A stretch of DNA of 54,062 nucleotides, from the IMG/VR virus record IMGVR_UViG_3300044580_000329, positions 1-54,062 of that record; one strand, given 5' to 3'. The stretch is from a virus. Taxonomy: Duplodnaviria > Caudoviricetes. The translations under genes and the position numbers were made by a program. Below the pieces are notes generated by a model. It did no database searches and had not been told where the DNA came from. It saw only the letters and a program-made list of their open reading frames with translations. How positions within the stretch are numbered: position 1 is the first letter of the stretch; the number at the start of each line of letters is the position of its first letter. This document shows positions 25,990-34,932 of this stretch, piece after piece.

Positions 25990-26486
25990 ATGAGCTTTCC
26001 GATTAGACAACAAATGAACAAGCATGATTGTTCGGTGTGTGTCATTTGGTGCATACTCCGACATGCTGAAATTGATATTAATTATTTAGATTTATATCGA
26101 TTTATTAGTCCTCCTACAAAACCGGATGAAGGGATTTCTGGAGATCAAATAATAAAAATACTTAAGAAATTCGGAATTAAAACTATTTCTGAAAGAAGCA
26201 ACATTTCAAAACTAAGATTTTACACAACCAAGTGGCCTGTAATAGTTAGTATACAACATAAAAAGAAAGGAATGTTGAATGGAAACATATAACAGAATTC
26301 GGACATTATGTAATTGTCTTAGAAGTAAATGATAAAAAGGTGAGATTCATGGATCCGAATTATGGAAAGATAAGGTCTTTAAATATTAAAGATTTTAAAG
26401 ACAGATGGCATGATGGAGATGAAAATGAACTTTGTAAATACCCAGCAATCATATGTATGGTAAATGAATCGAAATCTGTATTTTAA
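25990..26486 (+). CDS. C39-family cysteine peptidase, frameshifted near 26265
   Basis: RQQMNKHDC, PVIV, then in the shifted frame FGHYVIV...VRFMDPNYG...F...W; the shift falls in an A-run. Confidence 0.75.
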
Positions 26487-26778
26487 GGATGGTGTTCTTT
26501 TTGCTAAGGGTTACGAAAGAGTGGTTCATGGAGGGTGAGGAGATTATATAGAGTTAACTAAAGATCAAATAGTTGTAGAACTTAGATCAAAATTTAAACA
26601 GTCACTTCCAGAAGCCATTTCTGACGAGCCCTTTTATTATTACTGGTTAGTTCCAATTGGAAGAGATGAAAAGATTTATTGACAGTGTAGAACCGTAAAT
26701 TATGCGGATTACAAAATAGGATATTATTATATAAGCCCTAAGTTAATTATACCATTTGATAATACAGAATTATTTTAA
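26464..26778 (+). pseudogene. 104-codon ORF with two in-frame TGA codons
   Basis: MNRNLYFKDGVLFAKGYERVVHGG*GDYIEL...KIY*QCRTVNYADYKIGYYYISP; TGA at 26536 and 26680; fills an otherwise empty gap. Confidence 0.65.
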
Positions 26779-26790
26779 TAAATAAGATAT

Positions 26791-27150
26791 ATGGAAGACA
26801 AAGATTTAGATATTAGAATCACTCGGGGGTCAGGCCCAGGAGGACAACATAAGAACAAGGTGGAAACTTGCGTTATTATAACTCATATTCCAACTGGTTT
26901 ACAAGAGAAGTGTCAAGAAACCCGTAGTAAAATTCAGAATCTTGAACTTGCTAAAGAAAGAATTAAAGCGAAAGTGGAGAAACTACAAGAGCAAAAAATT
27001 CAAGAAGCAAAAAATGAGCGTAGACGTGAATTAATTAAAAACCAGAAAGTAGTTCGTACATATAACTTTGTAAGAAATGAAGTTTATGATCATCGAACAA
27101 AAACAAAACACGATCTAAAAAAGTTTATGAGAGGAGAAATTGATCTATGA
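26791..27150 (+). CDS. GGQ peptide-chain-release-factor-like protein lacking the codon-recognition domain
   Basis: RGSGPGGQHKNKVET...THIPTG...RS..QN, then RF1-like VRTYNF...VYDHR. Confidence 0.9.
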   Translation: MEDKDLDIRITRGSGPGGQHKNKVETCVIITHIPTGLQEKCQETRSKIQNLELAKERIKAKVEKLQEQKIQEAKNERRRELIKNQKVVRTYNFVRNEVYDHRTKTKHDLKKFMRGEIDL

Positions 27151-27315
27151 AACTTACACTCGAAAAAGATTTAAAAGTTGCTGTTGAAGTAAATGGTGCT
27201 AAATTCATTGGATCTGAAGAAGGAGTTTTATATCAAAGCATTACAGATACTGAAATTTTACTTTATATTAAGTCAGAACCTGAAGGAAAGGAAATAAAAA
27301 TTAAAATAGCAAAAG

Positions 27316-27513
27316 ATGTTAATAATCAAGGTGCATGAGGGAGAAAATATTGACAAAGCCCTTAAGAGATTTAAAAGAAAATTTAACATGATTGGAATTG
27401 CCAGTGAATTGCGTGAAAGAGAACAATTCATAAAGCCTTCTGTAAAAAAGAGACAAGTAAAACAGAAAGCTAAGTACAAACAATACATGCAAAGGAAAGA
27501 AGAAATGGAATAG
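27316..27513 (+). CDS. rpsU: Ribosomal protein bS21
   Basis: MLIIKVHEGENIDKALKRFKRKF.....ELRERE.F.KPSVKKR. Confidence 0.93.
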   Translation: MLIIKVHEGENIDKALKRFKRKFNMIGIASELREREQFIKPSVKKRQVKQKAKYKQYMQRKEEME

Positions 27514-27519
27514 CATAAT

Positions 27520-27595
27520 GGTTCGGTAGCTCAATGGATAGAGCAACAGCCTTCTAAGCTGTCGGTTGAGCGTTCGAGTCGCTCCCGAATCACCA
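27520..27595 (+). tRNA. tRNA-Arg(TCT)
   Basis: GGTTCGG/CCGAATC, ACAGC-ctTCTaa-GCTGT, CCA. Confidence 0.93.
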
Positions 27596-27611
27596 ATTTA
27601 AATTTTCATTT

Positions 27612-28084
27612 ATGACAGCACTTTATATTATAATGTTAACCATATTTGTTGGTTATATTTCATGGATATGGGCTAGATACCATCAATTTCCCATAGTTAT
27701 TATTCACTTCCCAACAACCTAAAATTGATATTTACATTATGGTGTTGGGGGTATGCTTTTCCAGCAATAATTGTTGCATCAACACCCTTAATGTTTTTCG
27801 CTGGTGCGGGAATTTGTTTTGTTGGTGCGGCAGCCGCTTATCGAGAAAAAATGACTGAGACTGTTCATATAATTGGAGCAGCAGCAGCCATTCTTTTTAG
27901 TCAATTATCTATCATAATAGATTTTCATATGTGGTATATCACTGTTGCTTTTGCAGCAATTGCTTTACCACTTGCCTTAACAAGATTTTCAAAGAAAGGA
28001 ATATGTCCAAATAGAACTTGGTGGGTTGAAATTTTAGCATTTATAACAATAGCTTTAGTATTAGGAATAAAATTATGGTCGTAA
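27612..28084 (+). CDS. Multi-pass membrane protein, frame break near 27680
   Basis: ATG at 27612 (MTALYIIML...), continuing as PSISHSYYSLP...FTLWCW...RTWWVEI in another frame. Confidence 0.55.
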
Positions 28085-28350
28085 AGTTAGTATCATATGA
28101 TGGTTCATATCCGAACTTATGTAGCGGTAAGTTAGTTATTTCTGTTGATGAAAAGGAATGGGTTTTTCCATCACACTGTTTATCAAGCGGTGGTAGCGTA
28201 TGGTTTGACGATCATTGGAGTGAACATGTTGAAGATGGTCCTTGGGGTGTAGGTGAATGGCCTGAAGGTTTTCCTGAAGAAGCTAAGGAAGAAGCTTTAA
28301 GCGTTATTAACGAAGGTATTTCTTGGGGTTGTTGTGGAGGTTGTGTATGA
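28075..28350 (+). CDS. Conserved phage hypothetical protein
   Basis: YDGSYPNLCSG...SGG...GCCGGCV C-terminus. Confidence 0.65.
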   Translation: MVVKLVSYDGSYPNLCSGKLVISVDEKEWVFPSHCLSSGGSVWFDDHWSEHVEDGPWGVGEWPEGFPEEAKEEALSVINEGISWGCCGGCV

Positions 28351-28592
28351 CAGCACAAGAATACATAGATGCTTGGGATATAAGATGGGAAAATCATTTT
28401 AGATACTCTGTTTTAGTTGAAGAATTAAGTAATTTACAAGGAATTGATGTTGTTGCCCAGATGGAATCAGTTTTAATAGCAGAAATGAATAAAGAGGTCG
28501 ATAAACATATAAAAAACGATATACAGAGATTATTTAATATCAGTATACAACAAGCCGAAAAAATTAACACAATAGTAGATGGAATCTTATAA
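28347..28592 (+). CDS. Small protein resembling an internal segment of major capsid protein
   Basis: LQGIDVVAQMESVLIAEMNKEVDKHI versus QWGIDVIAMVENAGINEISQSINKHI in this window's capsid protein; ATGA-coupled start. Confidence 0.55.
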   Translation: MTAQEYIDAWDIRWENHFRYSVLVEELSNLQGIDVVAQMESVLIAEMNKEVDKHIKNDIQRLFNISIQQAEKINTIVDGIL

Positions 28593-29211
28593 TTCTATAC
28601 CAAAGTGGGGTGAAGATTATTTTGGCAAATATGTATTTGCATTTGACAAAATAGATGGTTCTAATTTCAGAGCGGAATGGAATAGAAAATTATCTAAAAA
28701 GTCCCGCTTTACACATGGGTTTGGTAAATTTGGAACTAGACAAGATAGGATAAAATTTATTAAAGACCCATATTGCGAAGGCATTGAAATATTTAAAAAC
28801 AAGTTTTCAGAAAAACTAGATAAAATATTTTTAGAAAACAAGGCATTTAGAAACATTGATAACATTACTGTATTTGGAGAATTTTATGGGTCTAAAAGCT
28901 TTGCTGGAATGCATGATTGGGGTGAAAAACATGATGTCAAAATTTTTGATGTGTTTTTAGACCGAAAAGGAATTTTGCCCCCATCTGATTTTATAAAAAT
29001 ATTTGAAGGTTTAGATACATGCAAACTTGTATTTGCTGGAATTTTTTCTCAAAGTTATTTAGAGTTAATTGAAAAAAATATATTAAATTTACAAGAAGGA
29101 GTTGTTTGTAAAGGAGTTGAAAACCAAGAGGTGTTCATGTTCAAAATAAAAACACTGAAATGGCTTCAGAAGGTAAGAGATTTATACGGTAATGAAAGAA
29201 CTGATTATTAG
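28579..29211 (+). CDS. RNA ligase-like nucleotidyltransferase
   Basis: Motif I FDKIDGSN, VFGEFYG, FDV, EGVV, FKIK. Confidence 0.82.
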   Translation: MESYNSIPKWGEDYFGKYVFAFDKIDGSNFRAEWNRKLSKKSRFTHGFGKFGTRQDRIKFIKDPYCEGIEIFKNKFSEKLDKIFLENKAFRNIDNITVFGEFYGSKSFAGMHDWGEKHDVKIFDVFLDRKGILPPSDFIKIFEGLDTCKLVFAGIFSQSYLELIEKNILNLQEGVVCKGVENQEVFMFKIKTLKWLQKVRDLYGNERTDY

Positions 29212-29458
29212 ATCAACAACTACAGTTGATGAACTTGTTCTTCAATGGGAAGCAAAACAAGAGTTACGATTTATTTTTGATGGGTTTCCTCAATTAAATA
29301 TACTTCGTCCAACTGCATCATTGATTGCAAATGATTTAGTTTCAGTACAACCAATGGCAGCTCCAACAGGCATATTACATTATGTTGACTATGTTTATAA
29401 TGGAACCCCTAATGAAAGGCAACATGATTGCGGAATTGAAAAAACTTTAAGTGAATGA
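29192..29458 (+). CDS. Small protein containing a gp23 Gol-region-like segment
   Basis: LIANDLVSVQPMAAPTGILHYVDYVY versus TVGFDIVNVVPMPGPTGVISYLDYVY in this window's capsid protein. Confidence 0.7.
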   Translation: MKELIIRSTTTVDELVLQWEAKQELRFIFDGFPQLNILRPTASLIANDLVSVQPMAAPTGILHYVDYVYNGTPNERQHDCGIEKTLSE

Positions 29459-29640
29459 AGAACTATAAATCTAAAAGAAAAGATTTAAGAGATCGAAAAA
29501 GAGAGATAATGGAAGTTGGATTTGACTCTTCAAAAGATAGAAAAAGAGTTGTTGAATCCTTTAAAAGAGAATCTCGTTCATTGAAAAGAAGTGAAAAGAA
29601 TTCTTTCAAGAATTCTTGGAGAAATGAATATGGTATTTAA

Positions 29641-29717
29641 GGCCTTATAGCTCAATTGGATAGAGCACCTGACTACGAATCAGGAGGTTATGGGTTCGAC
29701 TCCCGTTAAGGTCACCA
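29641..29717 (+). tRNA. tRNA-Arg(ACG)
   Basis: GGCCTTA/TAAGGTC, CCTGA-ctACGaa-TCAGG, CCA. Confidence 0.94.
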
Positions 29718-29719
29718 CA

Positions 29720-29793
29720 GCCTTCATAGCTCAATTGGATAGAGCATCTGACTTCGGATCAGATGGTTGAGGGTTCGAATCCTTCTGAGGGCG
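29720..29793 (+). tRNA. tRNA-Arg(TCG)
   Basis: GCCTTCA/TGAGGGC, TCTGA-ctTCGga-TCAGA. Confidence 0.93.
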
Positions 29794-30662
29794 CTTAATA
29801 TATAATAAGATGAGTGATAAACTTGAAAATTTGTTGGCTATTTTGTTCTGTGTCATATTTGCAATTAGTGTAGGAATATATTATTTTGTTAGTATGACTA
29901 TTGGGGGATGGATGGCCGGTTTGACGATTTGTTTGGGGATTTCATATATGTTAGCTCAATCATTTCGTTATGCTTGGATAAGTATCAAGCAACTATCAGA
30001 CCAAATTGATAGTTTAAAAAAATAAACAATATGGACGACGAGGGTGATAGTAAAAAAAGAAAAATTAGCAACTGTGTTTCTAATGTTAGGAACTTTCTTC
30101 AATCCATTAGGATACGATGCGCTATTGAAGGCTTTACTGGATTTGACAGGCAATTATTGGCTTTCAATTTCCGTTTTTTACCTTGTATCAGCTTGTTTCT
30201 TTACGTTATACTTTATATTTTCTAAAACAAATCCACTTGATTTATTTAGAAAAAAGAAAAAAATTATCCACTCATAAAAATATTCATAAAAATATTTTGA
30301 AAATTTGGAGTAAGTGGTGGATGGATGCCATGTAAAATGCCATTGAGCGGTGATAAAATAAGTTCAATTGGCGGTGCTCTTACTTACTACACACTTCCTG
30401 CAGACCAAGAAGGCTATTCTTATTATGCATCAGTGGGTGTTGCTTCTCAGGGCTACCGATATGAATTAACAAGTTCATGGGGATATGGCGAAGAAGCAAC
30501 TTTACCTATGACAATCATAATGGTTGGTTACAAATATGACAGCGGAGGAGTTAACTTTAAACTTGGTGGAGGTTATGGATGGTGTGAAGAAGCTGGTGCA
30601 TGGACATTTGAAGCAACATTGGGATTTACACTTTTCGGAAACTAATTTTTAAACATAAATTA

Positions 30663-31082
30663 ATGAAAACAAAAACTATTTTAAAATTTTCAGCTGTTAT
30701 ATTAGCTGGATTAATGTTCATAGGATTAAATTCCTGTACTAAAAAACCTTGTGAAAAGGATAATTTCGGAACCGTAATCGTTACCAATCATACAAGCCAA
30801 GTTATATGGGTTGATTGTACACAACAAGGACAAGATTATAATGATGAAAGAATGCTAGGAATTGGGCAGTCAACTACATATCATATGAAGCCGGGTCGTA
30901 TTACAGAATGGGCTATTGAAGCATGGGATTATCCTAATGGTTCTTGGTATACTGATAGTTATTATCTTGAACAATGTGAAACACATAATGATCCTTGGAC
31001 AGATGGTAAAAAGAAAGGTACTAAAAACTTGGAAAAACTAGATGTGAAAGTAGATTCTACGATAAAGATTACGCATGAGTAA
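30663..31082 (+). CDS. Putative lipoprotein
   Basis: Signal peptide ending GLNSC. Confidence 0.65.
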   Translation: MKTKTILKFSAVILAGLMFIGLNSCTKKPCEKDNFGTVIVTNHTSQVIWVDCTQQGQDYNDERMLGIGQSTTYHMKPGRITEWAIEAWDYPNGSWYTDSYYLEQCETHNDPWTDGKKKGTKNLEKLDVKVDSTIKITHE

Positions 31083-31097
31083 TTTTTATTTGATGAT

Positions 31098-31129
31098 AAA
31101 AAAGGGGCTCAAATTTGAGCCCCTTTTTT
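31098..31129. terminator. Bidirectional intrinsic terminator
   Basis: AAAAAGGGGCTC-aaattt-GAGCCCCTTTTTT. Confidence 0.85.
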
Positions 31130-31160
31130 ATTTGGATATATAATAAAATTATTTCTATGG

Positions 31161-32111
31161 ATGAAGTTTTATACATATGAAAAAGATACTGTTTCATATA
31201 AACGGTATAAATTTTTTAAATTAAAATTCATCATTCCATTTTTTCTTTTTCAATCAACCATAGCACTTATTATTTTTATTTTAATTGCAACGTTTTATAC
31301 AACTCCTAAAGAAAAAATATTAAAACAAGATGTTGCTTATTTACTATATGAATTTGATAATGTAAATAAAAGAATGATTGAAACTGAAGCTACATTAGAA
31401 CAAATTAAAGAAAATGATAGTATAATCTATCAGTCCATATTAGATGTTAATTCAATAACAAAAAAAGAATTAGATGTTTATTATGAGGATTTAGAAGGAA
31501 ATAAATACAGTCAAATGGTTGAATTAACAAATCAAAAACTATCTGAATTAAGCGCAAGATTAGCAAAAGAATTATATCGTTTAGATGGAATGGTTAAAAC
31601 TGCTTATTCACATCAAGAAATGCTAACTCATTTGCCTGCTATTCAGCCTATTGATAATAAAGATTTAAAAAGGACTGCGTCAGGATGGGGTATGAGAATT
31701 CATCCAGTTTATAACATTCAAAAATTCCACTATGGATTGGACTTTACAGCACCTACAGGAACTTCTATTTATTCAACTGGGGACGGGGTAGTTGAATATG
31801 CAATTCCTTATACTAGCAAAGATTCCCAAGGCTATGGAAATGTGATGATTATCAATCATGGATATGGATATAGAACCTTATATGCCCATATGAATAAATT
31901 TAAAGCAAAGATTGGACAGCAAGTTAAAAGAGGAGAAATAATTGGATATGTTGGAAATACAGGAATATCTACAGGTCCTCATTTACATTATGAAGTTATA
32001 AAGGATGGGCAAAAAGTAAATCCTATCTATTATCTATTTAATAGTTTGACTCCTGAAGAATATCAAAAAATAATCGAGATATCGAATTCAATAACTAAAT
32101 CTTATGATTAA
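31161..32111 (+). CDS. M23 family metallopeptidase
   Basis: N-terminal TM plus coiled coil; HYGLD, YAHM, STGPHLHYEV. Confidence 0.93.
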   Translation: MKFYTYEKDTVSYKRYKFFKLKFIIPFFLFQSTIALIIFILIATFYTTPKEKILKQDVAYLLYEFDNVNKRMIETEATLEQIKENDSIIYQSILDVNSITKKELDVYYEDLEGNKYSQMVELTNQKLSELSARLAKELYRLDGMVKTAYSHQEMLTHLPAIQPIDNKDLKRTASGWGMRIHPVYNIQKFHYGLDFTAPTGTSIYSTGDGVVEYAIPYTSKDSQGYGNVMIINHGYGYRTLYAHMNKFKAKIGQQVKRGEIIGYVGNTGISTGPHLHYEVIKDGQKVNPIYYLFNSLTPEEYQKIIEISNSITKSYD

Positions 32112-32113
32112 AA

Positions 32114-32527
32114 ATGGAAGATAAAACTTTTGATGAATTGAAGAATAAAATAAATAAAATAACTATGGAAGATATTACGAAAGAACAATTTCTTGAGGTT
32201 TATAATCAGCATTTGCCAAATAAGTGGATAAAATTTATTTACAAATATTTTTCTCAAGGAACTACGGAAGAAAATTTGAAACCAAGTAAAATAATAACTG
32301 CTATCTTACTTATTTTATTTGTTTCAGGATTTTTTGCTACAGTTTTAGGATTACCCAAGGCAGCCATTTTGCCTATAGTAATACTTTATGCTATCATATT
32401 AACAGCATTAGTTGGTTCAATGTTTTCAGCAGTAATATTGAATAATTTAAGAATACGTAAAATACGAAAAAAATTAGGGTTAACAGTGTGGCAATATAAT
32501 TTACTTGCCGACTTATACGTAGAATGA
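32114..32527 (+). CDS. Hypothetical membrane protein
   Basis: Two hydrophobic segments. Confidence 0.6.
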   Translation: MEDKTFDELKNKINKITMEDITKEQFLEVYNQHLPNKWIKFIYKYFSQGTTEENLKPSKIITAILLILFVSGFFATVLGLPKAAILPIVILYAIILTALVGSMFSAVILNNLRIRKIRKKLGLTVWQYNLLADLYVE

Positions 32528-33006
32528 AAAAACTTTTAATAATATTATCTCTCATATTATTTTCATGTGGCCCTTCTCCAGAGCAAAAAATAATAAAATC
32601 CTTTGAAGAGGGCAGACATCGTAATCATTTTAAAATAAATAATGTATCTATTTATGACACTATTTATTATGTAGATATTATTGATTCACTTGAATTTTAC
32701 GAAAATAAAGTTCGTTTAATTCGAACACAAATAGATGGTCTTAGGGGATTTAGAGATAGTGTTTTTAAATTAAATTATCCAGATTCGATTCGAAGATCAA
32801 TTCTTCAAAAGAGATTTGATTTGGACAGGGAATTACAAAGAAATTTACATCATGCTTCAAGCCAACAAATGAATAGATATACATTTTATAATATGAATGA
32901 TAGTATTTGTGGTTATCTAGTCAAAATTTATACTCCTCGAGATACATTTGATTTTGTTGTTACATCAAAATATGCAATAGTTTGTCCAACTTTTATGTTT
33001 TATTAA
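32524..33006 (+). CDS. Putative lipoprotein
   Basis: MKKLLIILSLILFSC. Confidence 0.6.
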   Translation: MKKLLIILSLILFSCGPSPEQKIIKSFEEGRHRNHFKINNVSIYDTIYYVDIIDSLEFYENKVRLIRTQIDGLRGFRDSVFKLNYPDSIRRSILQKRFDLDRELQRNLHHASSQQMNRYTFYNMNDSICGYLVKIYTPRDTFDFVVTSKYAIVCPTFMFY

Positions 33007-33007
33007 A

Positions 33008-33601
33008 ATGAATCCATTTATTGTTTATAAAGAAATATTAGATAAATATCTGCATTCTGATTCTTCTTTAAAATTGCAACAAGCTTGGAGTGAACCTCAC
33101 AGAAAATACCATACAATTGAACATTTAATAGATATTTTAAAATATATTGAAAAATATCGGTTCAATCTACCAAATGAATTTTACGATGCGTTAGTGTTAG
33201 CTGCATTTTTTCATGATTGCTATTACAATCCCCGAAATTCCACAAACAATGAAGATGAATCTATACGCAGATTCTTAATGGAATTTAGATCAAAGGGAGA
33301 TAATAATAACATACGTAATGCTGTGATGGCAATGATTGAAGCAACTAAATATCGAAAACGCCCATCACAATATTTAATTCGCTTATTTTGGGAAGCCGAT
33401 AATAATCAATTTTATAATGGTTATGATACTCTTTTGAAAAATGAACATTTAATTCGACAAGAATTTAATCATCTTCCAAAATCAGTTTACAAAGCTAATA
33501 GAATAAAATTCTTAAAAACTAATATAGGGCTCTTTAATGCTAATGTCGATAACGATCTAAAAAAATTAATAAAATATATCGAGGATATATATAAAAATTA
33601 A
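33008..33601 (+). CDS. HD-superfamily metal-dependent hydrolase
   Basis: EPHRKYHTIEH, AAFFHDCYY, NEDES, EAD, IRQEF. Confidence 0.85.
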   Translation: MNPFIVYKEILDKYLHSDSSLKLQQAWSEPHRKYHTIEHLIDILKYIEKYRFNLPNEFYDALVLAAFFHDCYYNPRNSTNNEDESIRRFLMEFRSKGDNNNIRNAVMAMIEATKYRKRPSQYLIRLFWEADNNQFYNGYDTLLKNEHLIRQEFNHLPKSVYKANRIKFLKTNIGLFNANVDNDLKKLIKYIEDIYKN

Positions 33602-33609
33602 ATATTCAG

Positions 33610-33978
33610 ATGGAAGATGTTAAGTTAGTTGCAGAATCATTGCAGGAATTCGAACAAATAGATGAAGGAATAGTAGATTTCTTTGCGGGTGCTAGAACAG
33701 CAGTTTCAAGGGCTCTTAAAAATCCTGAAAATGAAAAAATAGTAAATAACGCTATTAAAACTGCATTCGCTAAACAATTTGGAAGTCAGCCAAAAGTAAA
33801 GGAAGCCATATTAGGATGGAAAATTGAAAAGAAAATTGAATTACTAAAACTAGCGGCTAAAAAATTAGAAGATAAAAAAATTGCTTTCTTAGCAATAACT
33901 AAGAAACCAGATGGAACTCTAACAGTTGTAGGAACCCAAGCAGCTGGTGGGGCATTGTCTGCTGTAACAGGAGCATAA
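33610..33978 (+). CDS. Hypothetical late protein, possible internal head protein
   Basis: Preceded by ATATATAAAA; N-terminal LVAESLQEF..IDE resembles gp21-type cleavage sites. Confidence 0.5.
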   Translation: MEDVKLVAESLQEFEQIDEGIVDFFAGARTAVSRALKNPENEKIVNNAIKTAFAKQFGSQPKVKEAILGWKIEKKIELLKLAAKKLEDKKIAFLAITKKPDGTLTVVGTQAAGGALSAVTGA

Positions 33979-34043
33979 ATTTTTGTTAAAAAATTTTCCC
34001 AGGTCAAATATTTTTGTTATATTAGCACTAAATTAGTACACAC

Positions 34044-34424
34044 ATGATCAGTATTGAATTTAGGGAACACATATTTAACGGTCTAAAATTTAAAAAATCT
34101 AATACATATTCCGATGATTATTTTGACCGTTTGAAGAATGAAGGCTCGCATTATAGCCAAATGAAATATTTGGATGCTGTCAATGATCAGCTAAACGAAC
34201 AAATTCACATAAAGTTATCATATTCAATAATTTCTAAGTTATTAGCTATCATATTTATAGTTATTGCTTTTATTTCATTTAAATTTTTCTGGCCATCAAT
34301 AATTTTAGCTTTTATTGCAATATTCTTTCAAATAATGTTTAATGTTTATCAACGAAGAGCGCAGGATTTATTTATGGGGAAGGAAATGAGTAGGGATTTA
34401 GTTGAATTAATTTTCTGTAAATAA
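34044..34424 (+). CDS. Hypothetical membrane protein
   Basis: Two TM segments; promoter-like TATATTAG upstream. Confidence 0.6.
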   Translation: MISIEFREHIFNGLKFKKSNTYSDDYFDRLKNEGSHYSQMKYLDAVNDQLNEQIHIKLSYSIISKLLAIIFIVIAFISFKFFWPSIILAFIAIFFQIMFNVYQRRAQDLFMGKEMSRDLVELIFCK

Positions 34425-34496
34425 ATCTCAAAAAATTTTTTAGATTCAAAAACTTTTTATATTTTTGCGTATATATAATAAAAGAATTTTTATAGA

Positions 34497-34571
34497 ATGA
34501 AGCGTCATAGCATACATATCAGTTCGATTAGCTCAACCGAAAGTTGTCTGTGGCCTTCTTATGTAAATTGA
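34497..34571 (+). CDS. Putative attenuator leader peptide 2 (24 aa)
   Basis: MKRHSIHISSISSTESCLWPSYVN; directly precedes a terminator and the Thr/Ser/Ile/His tRNAs. Confidence 0.8.
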   Translation: MKRHSIHISSISSTESCLWPSYVN

Positions 34572-34628
34572 AGTACTAACTTTAAAAATTAAGGGAAGGC
34601 CTAAAAAGACCTTCCCTTTTTTGTTTTA
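34552..34628 (+). promoter_or_regulatory. Antiterminator/terminator pair of attenuator 2
   Basis: Terminator AAGGGAAGG(34591-99)/CCTTCCCTT(34610-18) plus T-run; GGCCTTCTT(34552-60) pairs with GGGAAGGCC(34593-601). Confidence 0.8.
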
Positions 34629-34629
34629 T

Positions 34630-34705
34630 GCTCTTTTAGCTCAGTAGGTAGAGTACTTCCTTGGTAAGGAAGAGGTCTTGGGTTCGACCCCCAAAAAGAG
34701 CTCCA
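34630..34705 (+). tRNA. tRNA-Thr(GGT)
   Basis: GCTCTTT/AAAGAGC, CTTCC-ttGGTaa-GGAAG, CCA. Confidence 0.93.
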
Positions 34706-34722
34706 AAAATGTTCTTTGAAAT

Positions 34723-34809
34723 GGAGGTACGTATTTGGTGTGCTACGCTGCCTTGAAAGCAGTGAGGTCGATGAGAGTCGGCGTGTGGGTTCGAGTCCCT
34801 CTGCCTCCG
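34723..34809 (+). tRNA. tRNA-Ser(TGA), atypical D-arm
   Basis: GGAGGTA/TGCCTCC-G, GCTGC-ctTGAaa-GCAGT, long variable arm GTCGAT..GTCGGC. Confidence 0.82.
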
Positions 34810-34817
34810 CACAATAT

Positions 34818-34894
34818 TGGGATGTATCCCCTCTGTCTTATACACAGTAGAAAGGGTAGTTGGTTGCACATGGGTTCGATCCCCATCTTCCCAA
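34818..34894 (+). tRNA. Non-canonical tRNA-Ile(TAT)-like RNA without a normal D-arm
   Basis: TGGGATG/CTTCCCA-A, CTGT-ctTATac-ACAG enclosed by TATCC/GGGTA, canonical T-arm ATGGG-ttcgatc-CCCAT. Confidence 0.65.
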
Positions 34895-34932
34895 CAAATT
34901 TTGGTTAGCACGCATAGATATATAAAATAAAA

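Larger units (their letters stand above)
24486..26030. repeat. 44-bp direct repeats bounding a methyltransferase patch
   Basis: GGAATGAGCTTTCCGATTAGACAACAAATGAACAAGCATGATTG at 24486-24529 and 25987-26030. Confidence 0.95.

Noticed and set aside
25591-26292. Natural Dam methyltransferase-C39 peptidase fusion
   Set aside because: The fusion point is exactly the 44-bp duplication and the methyltransferase lacks its catalytic motif.
34723-34809. Opal suppressor or selenocysteine tRNA
   Set aside because: The anticodon is 5'-UGA-3', which reads UCA (Ser); the G73 discriminator and long arm fit Ser, and the acceptor stem is 7 bp.
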